From assembly GCF_011745625.1 (NCBI RefSeq), contig NW_027191469.1:62001-126000 (forward strand): a DNA stretch of 64,000 bases, in the 5' to 3' direction. Source of the DNA: Cladosporium halotolerans. Taxonomy: Eukaryota. Each line of letters begins with the position of its first letter. Positions within the stretch are counted from its first letter, which is position 1. Shown here in pieces: positions 35,501 through 47,372 of the stretch. The notes beneath the pieces are model-generated. The model saw only the letters and a program-made list of their open reading frames with translations. It was not told the DNA's origin and searched no databases. Made by a program: the position numbers and the translations under genes.

Positions 35501-36352
35501 CGCATGATCCGCCGCTTCGGCGCCGACGTTGTGGAGCGCTACTGCCCCGAGTCCGACCGCAAGCTCATCGCCAACATCCGCAAGACCCGCGAGCGCCGCA
35601 AGAAGCGCCGCGACGCCGGCGAGGACGACGAAGAGCAGCCCGCGCACGAGAAGCCCAAGAGCAAGTTCGAGAGCGAGTACGACGAGGCCGTCTACGGCTC
35701 CGAGTCCGAGTCCGGCTCTGACATCTCTGACGACGACGTCCTCGGCCGCGCCGCCGCCAAGGGCCAGAAGGCGAAGCAGGCCGGCGGCAAGCAGTACATC
35801 GTCGAGGACGACGACGAGCCGCTCGACCTTCTCGACAAGCGCGCGCTCGCGCACGTCTCTTCCACCAAACCGACGGCCAAGCGCGCCGCGCCCGACGCGC
35901 AGCAGCAGAAGAAGAAGGCTAAGACGGACCTTGACGGCCGCCTGGTGTTCAACGACGACTCTGACGGCGACGACGTCATGGACTTCGACGAGCAGGGGCT
36001 TGTCGGCGGCCGTGAGCCCGGCGACGGCTCGCTCGAGGGCGGCATCAATGCTTACATTGAGGCGCTCAAGGGCAAGGACGCTGGATTCCGTGGCCAAAAG
36101 GGTAAGCTCAAGTTCAAGCAGAAGGGGCGTGATGGCGACGACGATGACGGAGACGAGATGGAGGTAGATGCTGGAGAGGTCAAGGCCGCCATGTCTGCTT
36201 CGAGGAGCCCGCGCGGAGGCCAGCAGTCGCGTGGCGGCAGAAGGGGTCTGGGCATGGAGAAGGTGCAAGGCAGAGGCGGTGGAGCGAGCGGAATCAACAA
36301 ACCTCGGAACAGAGGCGGCGGAAACAGGGGTGGAAGGGTTAAGAGGCGTTAA
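32561..36352 (+). CDS. RRP12: Ribosomal RNA-processing protein 12 (HEAT repeats, NUC173 domain)
   Basis: 1263-aa intronless ORF with LDKIRSSPKLQSQQ, YFAALL, DHRPKVRK, GRVWLLPLIRD, QKKAYK, EYFTMVSAGLAG..PHM, NREIVRSVLGFVKV, EPLDLLD and an RGG-rich tail. Confidence 0.95.
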   Translation: MAADAEMSLHERLDKIRSSPKLQSQQQTAVVLNAIEDTLRSQKSEPTPTSYFAALLSLLPQYISAEKGIVNKEVANAVVYLLDLVTSHVPAPLLRSKFPQILSSLAPALTHPEAEAPLLRASIGCLESLLVAQDSQAWAQPQSPNSPRGAVGGLLALAMDHRPKVRKGAQEVLLNVLKQPPPSPSLDHPAADMCAEVALRSLSSQAEEAGNKKRKQKKQEQQNEPGLMHALQLVKTVATAQNGWPSKKIDTLCEVLLNISKGSNEFLTMSAFEVFELIFAGLADEVSSAKLPRLLNAIKELQPSQNDTQLLPPWIAVLSRGYDVSAQIEPEETFQKLPELFTKISGFLSSSSHNIRISASECMISLLNTCIPDQVILEPSMMDDKVCEKIAKTLQELLTVKYQTAWMEVFNVLTSAFEVLRWRSSPLLNNIVKAVGDLRNNDSFTGKKEADAVLSAAIHAMGPDNVLAILPLNLVKPIPGQPGRVWLLPLIRDSVSNTALSHFRSELVPLSEAMFQRVLNHGAAEKTMDIKIFETVVSQVWGCLPGYCELPIDLKEAFDQSFAELLSNLLYQQPQIRTDVCKALQNLVDTNRAIAELEQDENLIEQGRLTKADAQSNLKHLAGFAGNMLAVLFNVYSQTLPQNRGNLLQCINAFLSVTPEAELMETFTRVATMLESSLAEQEAQTQADKQKRQPSGKDAKDKMPPVSHTLMDLVITMSIYLPRESFAGLFTMAATIVNKQDDPQLQKKAYKLIPRLAESESGQQALVERSAELQQLLLGSAEQASAPARRDRLASIAQIVPFLPKSDLHFIPSILSEVVISAKEVNEKARTQAFDLLVLIGEKLKEGGTIVNSKVPHMPADAPSAEASLEEYFTMVSAGLAGSTPHMISASITALTRLLYEFRTQLQQATVADLVQTMDLFLTSNNREIVRSVLGFVKVCVISLPSELMLPRLETLVPNLVVWSHEHKQHFKAKVKHIVERMIRRFGADVVERYCPESDRKLIANIRKTRERRKKRRDAGEDDEEQPAHEKPKSKFESEYDEAVYGSESESGSDISDDDVLGRAAAKGQKAKQAGGKQYIVEDDDEPLDLLDKRALAHVSSTKPTAKRAAPDAQQQKKKAKTDLDGRLVFNDDSDGDDVMDFDEQGLVGGREPGDGSLEGGINAYIEALKGKDAGFRGQKGKLKFKQKGRDGDDDDGDEMEVDAGEVKAAMSASRSPRGGQQSRGGRRGLGMEKVQGRGGGASGINKPRNRGGGNRGGRVKRR

Positions 36353-36799
36353 GAGAGAGCATCAAAAATGATTCCTGGTAGTTTGTCTTTTTTCTTAGAT
36401 TCCCCTTGATATCGTAAGCAGGAATGACTATTGAACCAAAATATCTCTTTCCCAATAATCTTGCGTCGAGTCTTTCAACAAGCGCTTGCAACGTGCCTTG
36501 GATTACGATTCGGCGAAATCAACAATGACAACGGACGGCTTAACAAATTTGGTAGATCTTCTCGTTTCATTTCACATCGTCTCTAGTCTAATTACAATTA
36601 ACAGAACAAAAGCCCCTCGACAAAAGGAAGTAGGCAGGTGGGTGGGTGAGTAGCTAGGTAGGTAGGTAGGTAGGTAAGTTTGCGCGCCGGAGCCGCTAAT
36701 GATACCCAAGCAGAAAGAATCAATAAGGAGAGAGATATACACTAGAAGGAAAGAGGAAGCTCATCCCGTTACTCTCCCTCACCACCGCCCGCTCTCGCA

Positions 36800-39276
36800 T
36801 CAGTTCAAATACCCATAATACTCCAACAACTCGTCCTCCCCGATCTCGCTAAACGTACTGCTGTACGTGCTGCTTGCGACGCGCGAGGACTTCGTCATCG
36901 TCCGCGTCGGCATGCCCAGCCCCATCGCCTCGCCCTCCGGGAAGTAGACGTGCACGGTCTGCATGCTGGGGCTTTTGGCGTCGTCGAAGGCCGCGGACTG
37001 GTGTGGCGGGGGGAAGTCCTGGGGCGTTTCGGCGCCGCGGTCTTCGGCGGGGGAGGAGGCGCGCGAGGAGGACGTACCGATGGAGTTTTGGGCGGCGTGG
37101 GCGGGGTTGGGAGGTGTTGTGTTGGTGGTGATGATGGTGGTGGTGGTGTTGTTGTTGTTCTTGTTGCTGTCCATCGAGGTGTCTAGAGGAGTTGGGGATG
37201 GCTTGCGTTGGCGAAGGGAGGGCCGAGCTGGGAGAGGGCGTTCGGGCGCGGGGCTTGGGTTACGTGTGAAGAGGTCGCGGTCGAGGCTGGTGGTGCTGAG
37301 GTTCGCTTTGGAGGAGAGCTGCGTAGGGCGCTGGGCGAACGGGTCGGAGGGTTTGGCCGGGTCGTTGGGAGGAGTGTCGATTTCGAGACCGAGGATTTTG
37401 GCGGCTTTGGCGCCTTTCACGTTGAGCCTGCGCGGGGTGTCGCTGTCGGAGGTGTCATATTCGCGGTCGAAGCGCTTCGTGTGCTGAGTGGGAGCGGACA
37501 TGGGGGTCTGGCGGCTGAGGGCTTCGGTGCTGCGGTGGGTGCGGAGGGGTGGAACGTAGACTGTGTTCTGAAGGATGGTCGTGTCCGGTGGTGGGGTGGA
37601 AGCGGGCGGCTTTGTCGAAGATGGTATTGGTGCAGGTTTGGCCTCATCAATACTTGATAATGAAGCCTTTGCTTGAGATTGTCCGGAAGTGAGCAGTGAG
37701 TCCTTTCTGCGATTGAGAGCCTTGATCTTCGCAAGACAAATGTCCATTGAAGAGCAGATTGTTGACAGAGACATGTGCTGGTCCAGTAGTGTGTTGACGT
37801 ACTCCGGTCCAGGCTTCTGCTCGCGAAGTCCCTGAGTGATAGCGGCGGAGAGATCCTGGCGTGCTTCGCGCAGACTTGCATACCGTGTACAAAGAGCGTC
37901 CATCTCTTCTGTCAGATCCAGAACTGATGCAATGACGGCCGCCATTGGATCCACTTTTGGCGTTGGTTTCTGTACCAACGGCTTGATCTTTTGTACCTCC
38001 CTGGCTATGTGTGTCCTGGCTTGATGCGTTCTCCTATCCAGGCTCGAGCTCACGCTGACACTTCTCTTGGGTCCGCCAATTTTGAGAGCTGCTGGCTTCA
38101 GGCTCTTGCTTGCCTGCGAAAATGTAGGAGATGGCGGTGTAAGGTTCTTATCATTTGCTGCGACAGGCGCCTCCGCTTTCAAATCCTTTGGTGCGGCAAC
38201 AGGCTTAGGAAATTCTGCCTGCTTCCGAGCAGGAGGGGCACTATCCTTTTTTTCCGGAATGACCAGGGCCGGCAGGGCCTTCTGGTATCTTGAAGCCGGT
38301 AATGTCAGAGGCGGGACTGGATTCTGAGCGATTACAGCCTTCTGCCGGGCTTTAAAAGCTGCGAAATCGTTCTCCACGTCTTCGATTGGTGACATTCCCA
38401 TGAGCCTCCGCATCTGGGCGTCCTTGCTCAGAGGAAAGTAGGACTTCCTATTGGGATCCAACGAAGAAGGCGTGACGAGGGGCACAAGGTCCGTGACAGA
38501 GTCAGACCTGAGTCCAGCGGGAAACGCACTTCCTGGAGTCGGCGAAAGAGGAGTGCTTTGCGATCGACCATGAGAAACGTCGAGATATGCGCGTCCATCG
38601 GAGCTTTGAGGCGGAGGAGGTAGCGGTTTGTCATCGAGGGCGCTGCTGCGGAGCCTGTGTCTACGCTCGTGTTTCGATTCTACCACGCTGTCGCGACTCT
38701 TGTCGTCGTACCAGGTTTCTCCGGGTCCATGTAAAGGTTTGGGCGCTTTTAGGAGAGCGGCGTTTGCAACAGGTGCACGACCGTTGGGATGCCTTTCGCT
38801 TGAGCCCTCTCGAACGATGTCTCCTGGAGCGCTTGATGATCTTCCATGTCCGCCATCGTCTGAGACCCTCGGTTTGTATGGCAGAATATGAGGAGGGCGA
38901 TCTTATCAGCAGTCAGTAATTGCAAGAATACCAGTGGACTCTCGACAGACTCACTGGACGTGTTATTCCCGTAAGCTTTCGTGATCTTCGAGCGGTTAGG
39001 AGGGACGGCCTGAATGCGAGGCACAGGATTGTTGCCAGTCCGCGCGAAAGGGGTTCTTGTCAGCACATCACGGCGTGAGGCATCATCAAGAGACACAGAA
39101 CGTCGCTTGCTGATGGATCCAGCTCGGCCGAGCGTTTGTTTCTGAAGCGTCTTAGGAGACACCTGCTGGCGCTGGTCGGCCACTGGAAACAGACGATAGC
39201 CAGATTTGTCGGCGGCCTGTCCAACCTGGGGCGGGTGGAGCTGCTGGCGTTGGGTTCCTGTTCCAGTTTGGTCCAT
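36800..39276 (-). CDS. Hypothetical Pro/Ser-rich protein with a central predicted coiled coil; exons about 39276-38954 and 38900-36800
   Basis: ORF 38749-39276 joins in frame to ORF 36800-38686 through an intron (GTGAGT...ACTGAC...AAG). It contains YRLFP, KPLPPPP and KAAKILGL short motifs and a helical segment LTEEMDALCTRYASLREARQDL. Confidence 0.7.
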
Positions 39277-41718
39277 ATTCTCCAGTCTGCTGGCGCGCTC
39301 TCAGCGCGTTCTTCGTTGTCAGAGTCAAAGCAACCGCTCCGGGTTTCAATATGTCGCCCACTGTAAGAACCGGCAGTGTGTTTTAGGGCTTAGCCATGTG
39401 GCCAGGTAGAAGAGCTTGTCGGACTGATGGAAGAAAAGGAGTGGTCAGGAAGGCTTCGTTTGAGATGCAGAGACCGGGCCAGTACATGACATAGAGCACG
39501 GGATCCGATAGTCGACGACTCGAAACACGCTTCCGTTCAGGCCGGGGTATCAGAGAGGCGGGTACACCTGGCGAAGGCCAAGAACGCTGCTTTGCGATAG
39601 CATCAAGCCAGTGGCTTTGGCGAGGCGGAAACCATGTCGTTATCGCTGTTCAACATCACATAGCCCTCGAAGACTATAGATCCGCTCGCAGGCGGTTCGC
39701 AGACGGCACGTCGATCATGGCCGGGCACTCTTGCTTGCGGGCGAGGGTGGCACGCTCCTGTGATCGCCTCCCGCGTGGTCGTGCGTAGTGGCCGTGGCGT
39801 CGAGTAGCTTCCTCACGGCCCATGCCCAGGTCTCGTTAGGCCACGATTAGGCCACTGAAGAGAGCAAATGCGGCCGCGTTAGGCGGGAAGTGCGCCATAG
39901 CCTGTTTCAAGTTGTTCGGCAGGCCCGGACCCTGTGCCGACCCGAGCAAGGGCTTGCGCCAGCGATCTGTCGGTGCTCGACGTACAGATATATATATTAA
40001 TGTGCGTAGTGCCGTTTCAACCTGTCACCCGAGGCCATGGCGCAGCTGTATAGTATGGGCAGACGTCGGCTCCAGTGGGGGACATCGTGGCGTTATTGCG
40101 GGACGAGAGCAGGTGACGTGCGAGGAGGAGTTGCAAGGCCTGATGAAGCCAGCCACCCTGAACGACTCCGAGCTCGCACAAGTCCCATGCCCTCCCTCTT
40201 CGTAGCCTTCGCACCGGGCCCAGACTTGCGGGAGCGAAGAGGGAGACAAGTCGCTAGTGCATCGCGCCTTTTAGCACTGAGTCTGTTGGCAGCACATCAA
40301 GCCTCTCCTCCAGCTGCATCAATAGTGAAGCAGGCGTTTGTGCCTGACTGGGCTGCCATGGGCGATCTAGCGCCAACGTTTCGTCAACGTAGAAGATCTG
40401 CACTCGTCTTCGATTCAACATTTGCGATTCGAAACACCAGCTCCCGCGATCTCTGGCTCACTTCAAATCACCACGCGGACAAAAATGGTATACTGTGCAC
40501 CGGCCCCGCGAAGTCGGCACGAGCAATTTCGTTCAACGTGGCCGTTGCCAAATGCAAAAATGTACCACGACTCGCACACCACAACCGACCTCCTGCCCTC
40601 GGCATTACTGATCAGCCAAGCGAGTTGTCAGAAGAAAAGCCATATTAACAGAAAGCCCTAGCAGGCCAGCCTCCACGCGAAGCAATCGCATCCTACTCAT
40701 GCACACCGAACCCTGTCGCTTACACCCAAACCCCAATGCTATCAACCCTACCTGCAGAAAAAGTGACACCTTCTTCTCCATCCCCTGCAGTAGTCTCTTC
40801 CCACGTGGTTCGCACACCTTCTGCCTCCGGCCTAAGCCACGGCAGAGCAGATAGCGCGAGCGTAGTGAAACGCCACCCGCAGGCTAGGAGGAACGGCTGC
40901 CAGCCAAGCCTTGCTCGCTTTTCGTATACAGAAGTCTGTTCTGCCCGGAAGAGGATCCTGCCCGGCGTTTCTCGCTGTCCTGCTCGAGTCTTTCGGATCG
41001 CTGCAGGAGCACGATCCCGACCGTCACTGCCGGCATGGCGATGTCTGGGTGGCCTTGCGCTTTTTATCCGCCTGGAGTCCGTTTCGGCCAAACACAATCT
41101 CTCTGGTGCTCCTGCAGCGGACTCCAGTCGTTCATGCAGCCCCGATCCGTGACCATCGGCAGCCACTTACTATAATGGCTCTCCATGCCTTCGCGTCTCA
41201 ATAGTCCAGTCACTCGTCCACTCCTGCTTGACTCTTTCCAGCCTCTAGCACGTCCACGATCAAAGACTATCGGCACGCCGCCGCATCGCGCTGATCCCTC
41301 AATCTGGCCCCGGCGGCGAGACAGAGCACATCGGCTCGCGCTCGCGAGAGCGAGCGACGGCAACGGGAAGCGAGAGGCCGCCTTCCTGCACGGCAGGACG
41401 AGGCGGCCACCGACTTCCGGGCCCGACCGTCTGTTACACGACGGGAGGGATAGCCCGTCGGCGTGGAAAGATCAACAGGACGTTTGGGCAGGCTGTCGTA
41501 TTTCGAAACAAATCCACATTCGCATTGAGGCTTTTTCTCTAACAAGCTAAAAATCACAGGCTTTCTATTTGTAAACTCTGCTTGCTATGTTCACGGCTTG
41601 TACGTGGGAAGAGTAAAAGGTAAAAGAAGCGTCATCGCTCATCGTCGTCATCGTCACATCACTCTCGTCTCGTCTCGTCACCTATCGGCCGCGTCCAACC
41701 AAAAGAAGACGTACTAGC

Positions 41719-42977
41719 TTAAGCACGCTTGCCGAACTGCGCGTCGAAGTTGGTGAGCACCAAGCGGTACCTGACGTCCTTGTTGTTGTAGACGCGCTCG
41801 ACGACCTCCTTGCAGCCCTCCGCGGAGATATCGACCTTGTCGATCCAGGAGTGGATCTCCTGCTTGCTGGCGAGGTCGAGCATGGCGAGCATCTCGGGGC
41901 GGTTGCCGATGTGCGAGGCGCCGATGTAGCAGCCGTTGGGCGCGAAGGCCTGGGCGGGGATGCGGGGCAGGGGCTCGTCGCCGAAGCCGACGTTGTGGAA
42001 CTTGCCCATGACCTTGAGGGTGCTGAAGTAGGCGGGCAGGTCGAACTTGTGGGTGGCGTCGGCGCAGTTGAGGATGAAGTCGAAGGCGAAGGGGTACTTC
42101 TTGTGCCAGTCCTTGTCGTTTGTGACGACGAACTCCTTCGCGCCCATCTTCAGGGCGTCGTCCTTCTTGTTCGGGCTGTGGGAGAGAACGGTGACTTCGG
42201 CGCCGAGGGCAACAGCCCACAGCACGGCGTAGTGGCCGAGACCACCCATGCCAACAATCGCGACCTTCTTGCCGGGTCCAGCGCCGAGCCTGACCAGCGG
42301 GCTGTAGGTGGTGAGACCGGCGCACATCATGGGAGCGGCGTCCTCGTTGGTCATGTTGTCAGGGATCTTGAAGGTGAAGTACTCGTGGGCACGCATGTGA
42401 GAGGAGTAGCCACCCTGAGAAAGGATGCCGTCCTCGTACTTGGCGCCGTAGGTGTCGACAGCTTCGGAAGAGTCAGAAAATGAGCACAATGCCTTCGGGA
42501 AAACATAGCTTACCGTTGGGGCAGTAGTTCTCCTGGTCCGCCTTGCAGTTGTCGCAGGTCAGGTCGGCCTGGATCTGCGCGCCAACACCGACTCTGTCGC
42601 CAACCTTGACGGTCTTGACGTCCTTGCCGACCTTGATAGCGCGGCCAATGACCTCGTGGCCGACGCAAAGAGGCATGGGAGCATCGCCCCAGCCGCCTGG
42701 AAGACTGTCAATATCATGCTCTTAAACACATTCTTGTTCCATCTTGTGGAGACTGACCGGAGATGGTGTGGACATCAGAGCCGCAAACACCGCAGGCGTC
42801 AATGGCAATGTCAATGTCGCGGTCACCGAAGGTCTTGAGAGGGAACTAAAGGAGATGTGTTAGTTGGATAATGCTTGAGGCTTTGGCGACAAGATAACAT
42901 ACCTCCTTCTTCTCAAACTTGGTCCACTCCTTCTGGCTGTTGACCATGAAGCCAGTGGCAGTCTCCGGGTAACCCAT
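41719..42977 (-). CDS. NADP-dependent zinc alcohol dehydrogenase (cinnamyl alcohol dehydrogenase / Adh6-like); 4 exons
   Basis: The spliced product reads MGYPETATGF...ACGVCGSDVHT...GGWG..PLCVGHEVIG...GDRVGVGAQ...CDNC....ENYC...GGYSSH...AAPMMCAGLTTYSPL...VGMGGLGH...VRYRLVL. It has three canonical introns. Confidence 0.95.
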
Positions 42978-44043
42978 GATGATGATCTCGTGTAGGATAA
43001 GTTAAAAGATATGGTTTGGGTATCACAAGTAAGAGTACAGTATGGTGGGAAAAAAGCTGAGACAGGAAGGAGGAAGAGGACAAATAAAAGTAGTCTTCAC
43101 CCAACGCAGGTCAGCTCCACGCGCAGCTGCAGCCGCCGCTGTGACCTCATGAAGGGTAAATGCTCTGATTGACGCATTATCTTGGGCCGAGCAACCGGCC
43201 AGATCTCTCCACCTGGCTTTCGCCCAGCCAACCTGACCCCACTACAGCACGCCTCGTGAAGTCTTGGTGAAGATATCGGGCTTGCAGACACCGACGAGGC
43301 ATCCGCGACGCTTTCAACCATCGAACGGCTCCTCGAAATGAAGTAGCAGCGCTCAATCTTCTGGACCCGTGTCACCAGCCGCAGTGTCGTCATGAATATG
43401 ACAGATGTATTCTGTTGTTGACGGTCCATATCCCGCGTCCGCGGGGCAGGTTGAGGTGGGGCAGATCTCGATTGCCGACGTCGGCAACTCAAGATATGGT
43501 CGTCACGTGGCGACATTGGATGAAATACCACCAACATAATGCCATCAGCACTGAGAGCGAGAGTAACCTGTAGGTATTGGATCAAAGACTTTGCAGGACC
43601 TCGACATCGATTTCGTCGTCTTTGCGGCAAACAGTGAAGCCTCCTGGCGACGTAATCGATGAATCCACACGGTCTCACTTTTCTCCGATTCATCCAGAAC
43701 TGCGTGGGGGGATGGCATGCACGCTGCGATACTCCAATATTGATGATCCTGGGGACCCTTCATTTTCTTGCTGGAGAGCAGCATGTATATCTCGCAGCGT
43801 ACAAGACTTGGGAGGTTCTGTCGCGAAAATGCCTCGATGACTTGCGACTAGGACGTCGCTGACAGCCTGCGGATTGTGACCTCGCCAGGCGTCTGTCAAA
43901 GCCCCAGATCCTTGAGAAATATAGGAAGCGTGTCGGGCATTAGACATACCCGAGGTGCGTGTGCTTTACTCTCCTAGGCTCTCATGGATGGATCGATGCG
44001 GTCGATGAGGCGCTGGCTTAGATGCAATACATTGTAACGCATC

Positions 44044-46994
44044 CTACAATGGGTCAGTCGTCTCGATCGGGTTCTTCGCATACCATTCTTTCAGCGTAAC
44101 GAGCGCCTGAGCTCCGCTGTATCGAATCCTCAGCAGGTGGAGGGCCTTCCGGTCATGATCCTCGTAAGCAGTTGGGATATCGATAGCCGCAACAATGCTG
44201 GTGTGTCGATTCTTCAGCAGCAGGTCGGGTGTCTCATCATACGAGTGCTCAAGTGCAGGGACATCAAAAGGAATGCGCTTGGTGCACTGCATGCAAGAAA
44301 TTGAGAAGGCTTCGCAAACGATACACCAAGCCACAAGACCCCCAACTCCAATGTGAGAGGGGCACCGATTGCATTTGTCTAGTGGCGAAATATCTTCGAG
44401 TATGTTCATCAGGCCTCTCAGAAAATCCTCGTTGTCCCTAGACCACCAGGACAATGCACCATATTGGCTGTCCGGAGAAATTTCAGAATTGCGTACTTTG
44501 GTCATGAAGTTATGCTCGGACGTTATAAACGACCTCATAGCTCTCTTACGCTGGTTGCGTCGCAGCTCGTTCGAATACGAGCCTTGAAAGCTTCGCAGGG
44601 GTAGAGCATAGTCGCCCGGAAGAATTTGATCTAGAAGTGTGCTCAAAGCAACATGGCGGCAACTCTGGTCGCCTCTTGACTGTCTCGAATGGTCGGTAAT
44701 GCACGGCGTGCAATCTAGGTTGGCGCCATACCTCAAAAGCAGTTTCGTGATAGCAGCCCATCTGGTCTCTCCCTGATGAGCAGCTCGGACTTTGGTATCA
44801 TGCCCCTCGGTGGGCGTGTTTGTCACCGGCCTTCTCCGCTGCTGGAGAATGTGTACCGCGCTGATCCAGGCTTCGAAGTATGTATGCATGCACCATTTGG
44901 CGTCATCTATGCTCTCGGTATCGAATCGAAAGTACCCAGGCCAGGCATAGATCCCAGTGTTGATGTGAACGCCACTTTCCAGAATTTGATGCAGCAGCGC
45001 CATGCCAGAGTCTCCCATATCGACCAAAATTGCGGCTTGGAGAACTTCTCCCAGCGTGTTCAGACCTTTTGTATAGATTGGCTCTGTGAAAAGTTCATGA
45101 GGCATAGCGGCAATATGAGCACCCAGAAACTGGAACATGCCTGCTTCCACACACCGCTTTCTGCAAAGCGGCTTATGTCGTGTACCAAAGCACTCGCACG
45201 TTGTACGCATTCGCGTGATCGCCAGTGACTCGCAGGCTGAGAGCCAATCTGAAAAATCCACGAGCTGAGATCCTCTCCAGCTGGAGTCTGTTTTCATCAA
45301 GATTCTTTCAAGTAAAGCTCTCGAAGTCTCACAATTTTCATTCTCACCAGACAGGAAACGGATACAGCGTAACTCGGAGAGCCTGTAGAGAAAGTCCGGA
45401 TCAGAGAAATGAGCTGGCGCGTTCTGCTCCAGATCAAGCCTTGCATCTCGATCGCACAAAAATTCGAACACTGTGCGATGAAAAAATGTAACATGAGCTC
45501 TTCCTCTTTCATGTTTGTGCAGCACAAGCAGATCTTTACACGTCTCGTCCAGGAATCCTGCTGTCTGGTGTATCATGTCTTGGCTATTGGGCAGATTGAT
45601 GTCCAATAGATCTCTCCATGAGAAGCCAGGCTTCAGGAAGCCATTGCGCAACAACCAGAAATTACAGAAAGATTCTGCGCAAGGGAAGATTTCATCAGTG
45701 CCATCGAAGGGATCAAGTGTACGCTGATCTTCTGCCATGGCAATTTCCACAGCAAGTTTTAAAGCAGCCGCGGTATCCAATACGTTCTGGCGGGTCTTCC
45801 CGATGCGATCGAAGATCAGATCATGATAATACTCGTTGAGATCCTTTGGAATACCGGCGATGGTCTGGTGTAATTCCTCCAATGTCCCGCCTTTTCGTAA
45901 TTCTGTGCAGACCTCTTCTGTGATGAACCTAAGCCAGAGAAAGACACCGTCTGCAGAAGCTGTAATATGTCGTACGAGGTTTTTAGCGGCGACATCCCCA
46001 TCGCGAAATTGGGAGATTGAGCAAAGTGCTGCTTCTGCATGGACTAATTGGGCCTCAACGTAGAGCTCCATGTCGTGGTAGGTGAGTTGGTCCAAGTGAA
46101 GGGTAGGGGCGTTCTCGAATTTCCCGGTAAAAGCCCTCCATGGTCGGCAAGAGACGCAAATCTTGATGTTGGGCAAACGTGAAATCCAGAGGATTTCTTC
46201 AGCAAAGGAGTCTAGTTGACCTTGCGGCCCGCACTCGTCTAAAGCATCCACAGAAAAGAAGAACTTCGTCTCCGGCACTGTGGGAAGCCGAGCCAGTGTG
46301 TCCCTCAACTCTTTGCGGTTCCACGTTCTGCGTTTGTTGCTTGATGTCCACCGAGGTCCACAGATTCGCTTGATCGCCCCCATATCTGCCGTTTCGCCTG
46401 ATTGCGAAAGTGTGAGCAAAATGGAGTACAATAAGCTGCGTAGCAATCCCTCAAATGTCTTCTGCATGGCAGTGCCTAGGATCCAGAAAAAGTGGTCGGC
46501 TCGCACGAGGGTGTCTCTCCCTGCCCAGGCCTGCAGCACACTATCCGTCTCGCTGTTCGAGGCGAAAGATTTCCTACTCGCCTGTCAGCCATCTTCAGGC
46601 AAAATAGAGATTATGCTTCGTATGACGATACATGAATGTTGACTTCCCTGACCCTGGCTTACCCAGAACACAAAAAAATCCCCGGTCTTCCTGCTGCAAC
46701 CAGGCTTTGAAGTTCAAGTCGACGGTCTGTTTTTCGACATATTCGTCGTCGGGCTCAGACGAATAGGTGTAACGACTTGTAACAAAGTCTGTTTTGCCTT
46801 CTAAGAACGTCTAATCGAACGTCCCCTCCTGACACTCATCCAATGTATCCCTGCGATCGTTCATGCCGGCGTAGCCGAGGCTCTCGAGTATTGCGCGAAT
46901 AGCTCTTTGATCGCTCGGTTCACAAAAGTTGTAGACATTGCCTAAGTGGCTCTGTCCACCTTCATATGTTTCCGGCTTGCGGGGAGGAGTCCAT
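44044..46994 (-). pseudogene. NACHT-type STAND NTPase (fungal NLR-like) with a disrupted 5' end
   Basis: Walker A GKPGSGKSTFM (intron 46631-46574), HFFW..GT.MQKTFEGLLRSLL, Walker B FFFSVDALDEC, KICVSCRPW and ADGVFLWL. An in-frame TAG at 46813-46811 occupies the GTF.W Trp position. The ATG at 46994 is out of frame with the rest, implying a frameshift near 46965. Confidence 0.75.
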
Positions 46995-47372
46995 CTCGGC
47001 GTCTGTAGGAAGGACCTAGAGTCAATATTGCCTAGAGACTGGGCTGGGTGATTCTTGCTTTCGACGTAGTGCTTTGCTGAGTATGGAACGCGAAGCCTGT
47101 TACAAGCTGGCGCAGCCGAATGATGATGAGCTTGTGTGCCATCAGGCTGAAGGTACCCAACGTCTGAGCAGGTCAGCCTGCATGATGATACCAGCCCAAC
47201 TTTGTACTATCTCAGCCACGTGCATATTCAAACCTGTGCCGGCGCGACCTCAGTTTAGCTGCGCGGCTGGCAGGACCAATCCGATACGGCGAGGCTGAAG
47301 ATTCACCGCATGCTCTCTCACTCGAAGATCAACTAACCATAGACAAAAGACACCCACCAACGACGTTCTTCC

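Noticed and set aside
34913..36268. 451-aa minus-strand ORF
   Set aside because: Antisense shadow of the GC3-rich 3' part of RRP12.
39900..41560. Several 100-200 aa ORFs between the orphan gene and ADH
   Set aside because: No codon bias, motifs or consistent splice structure.
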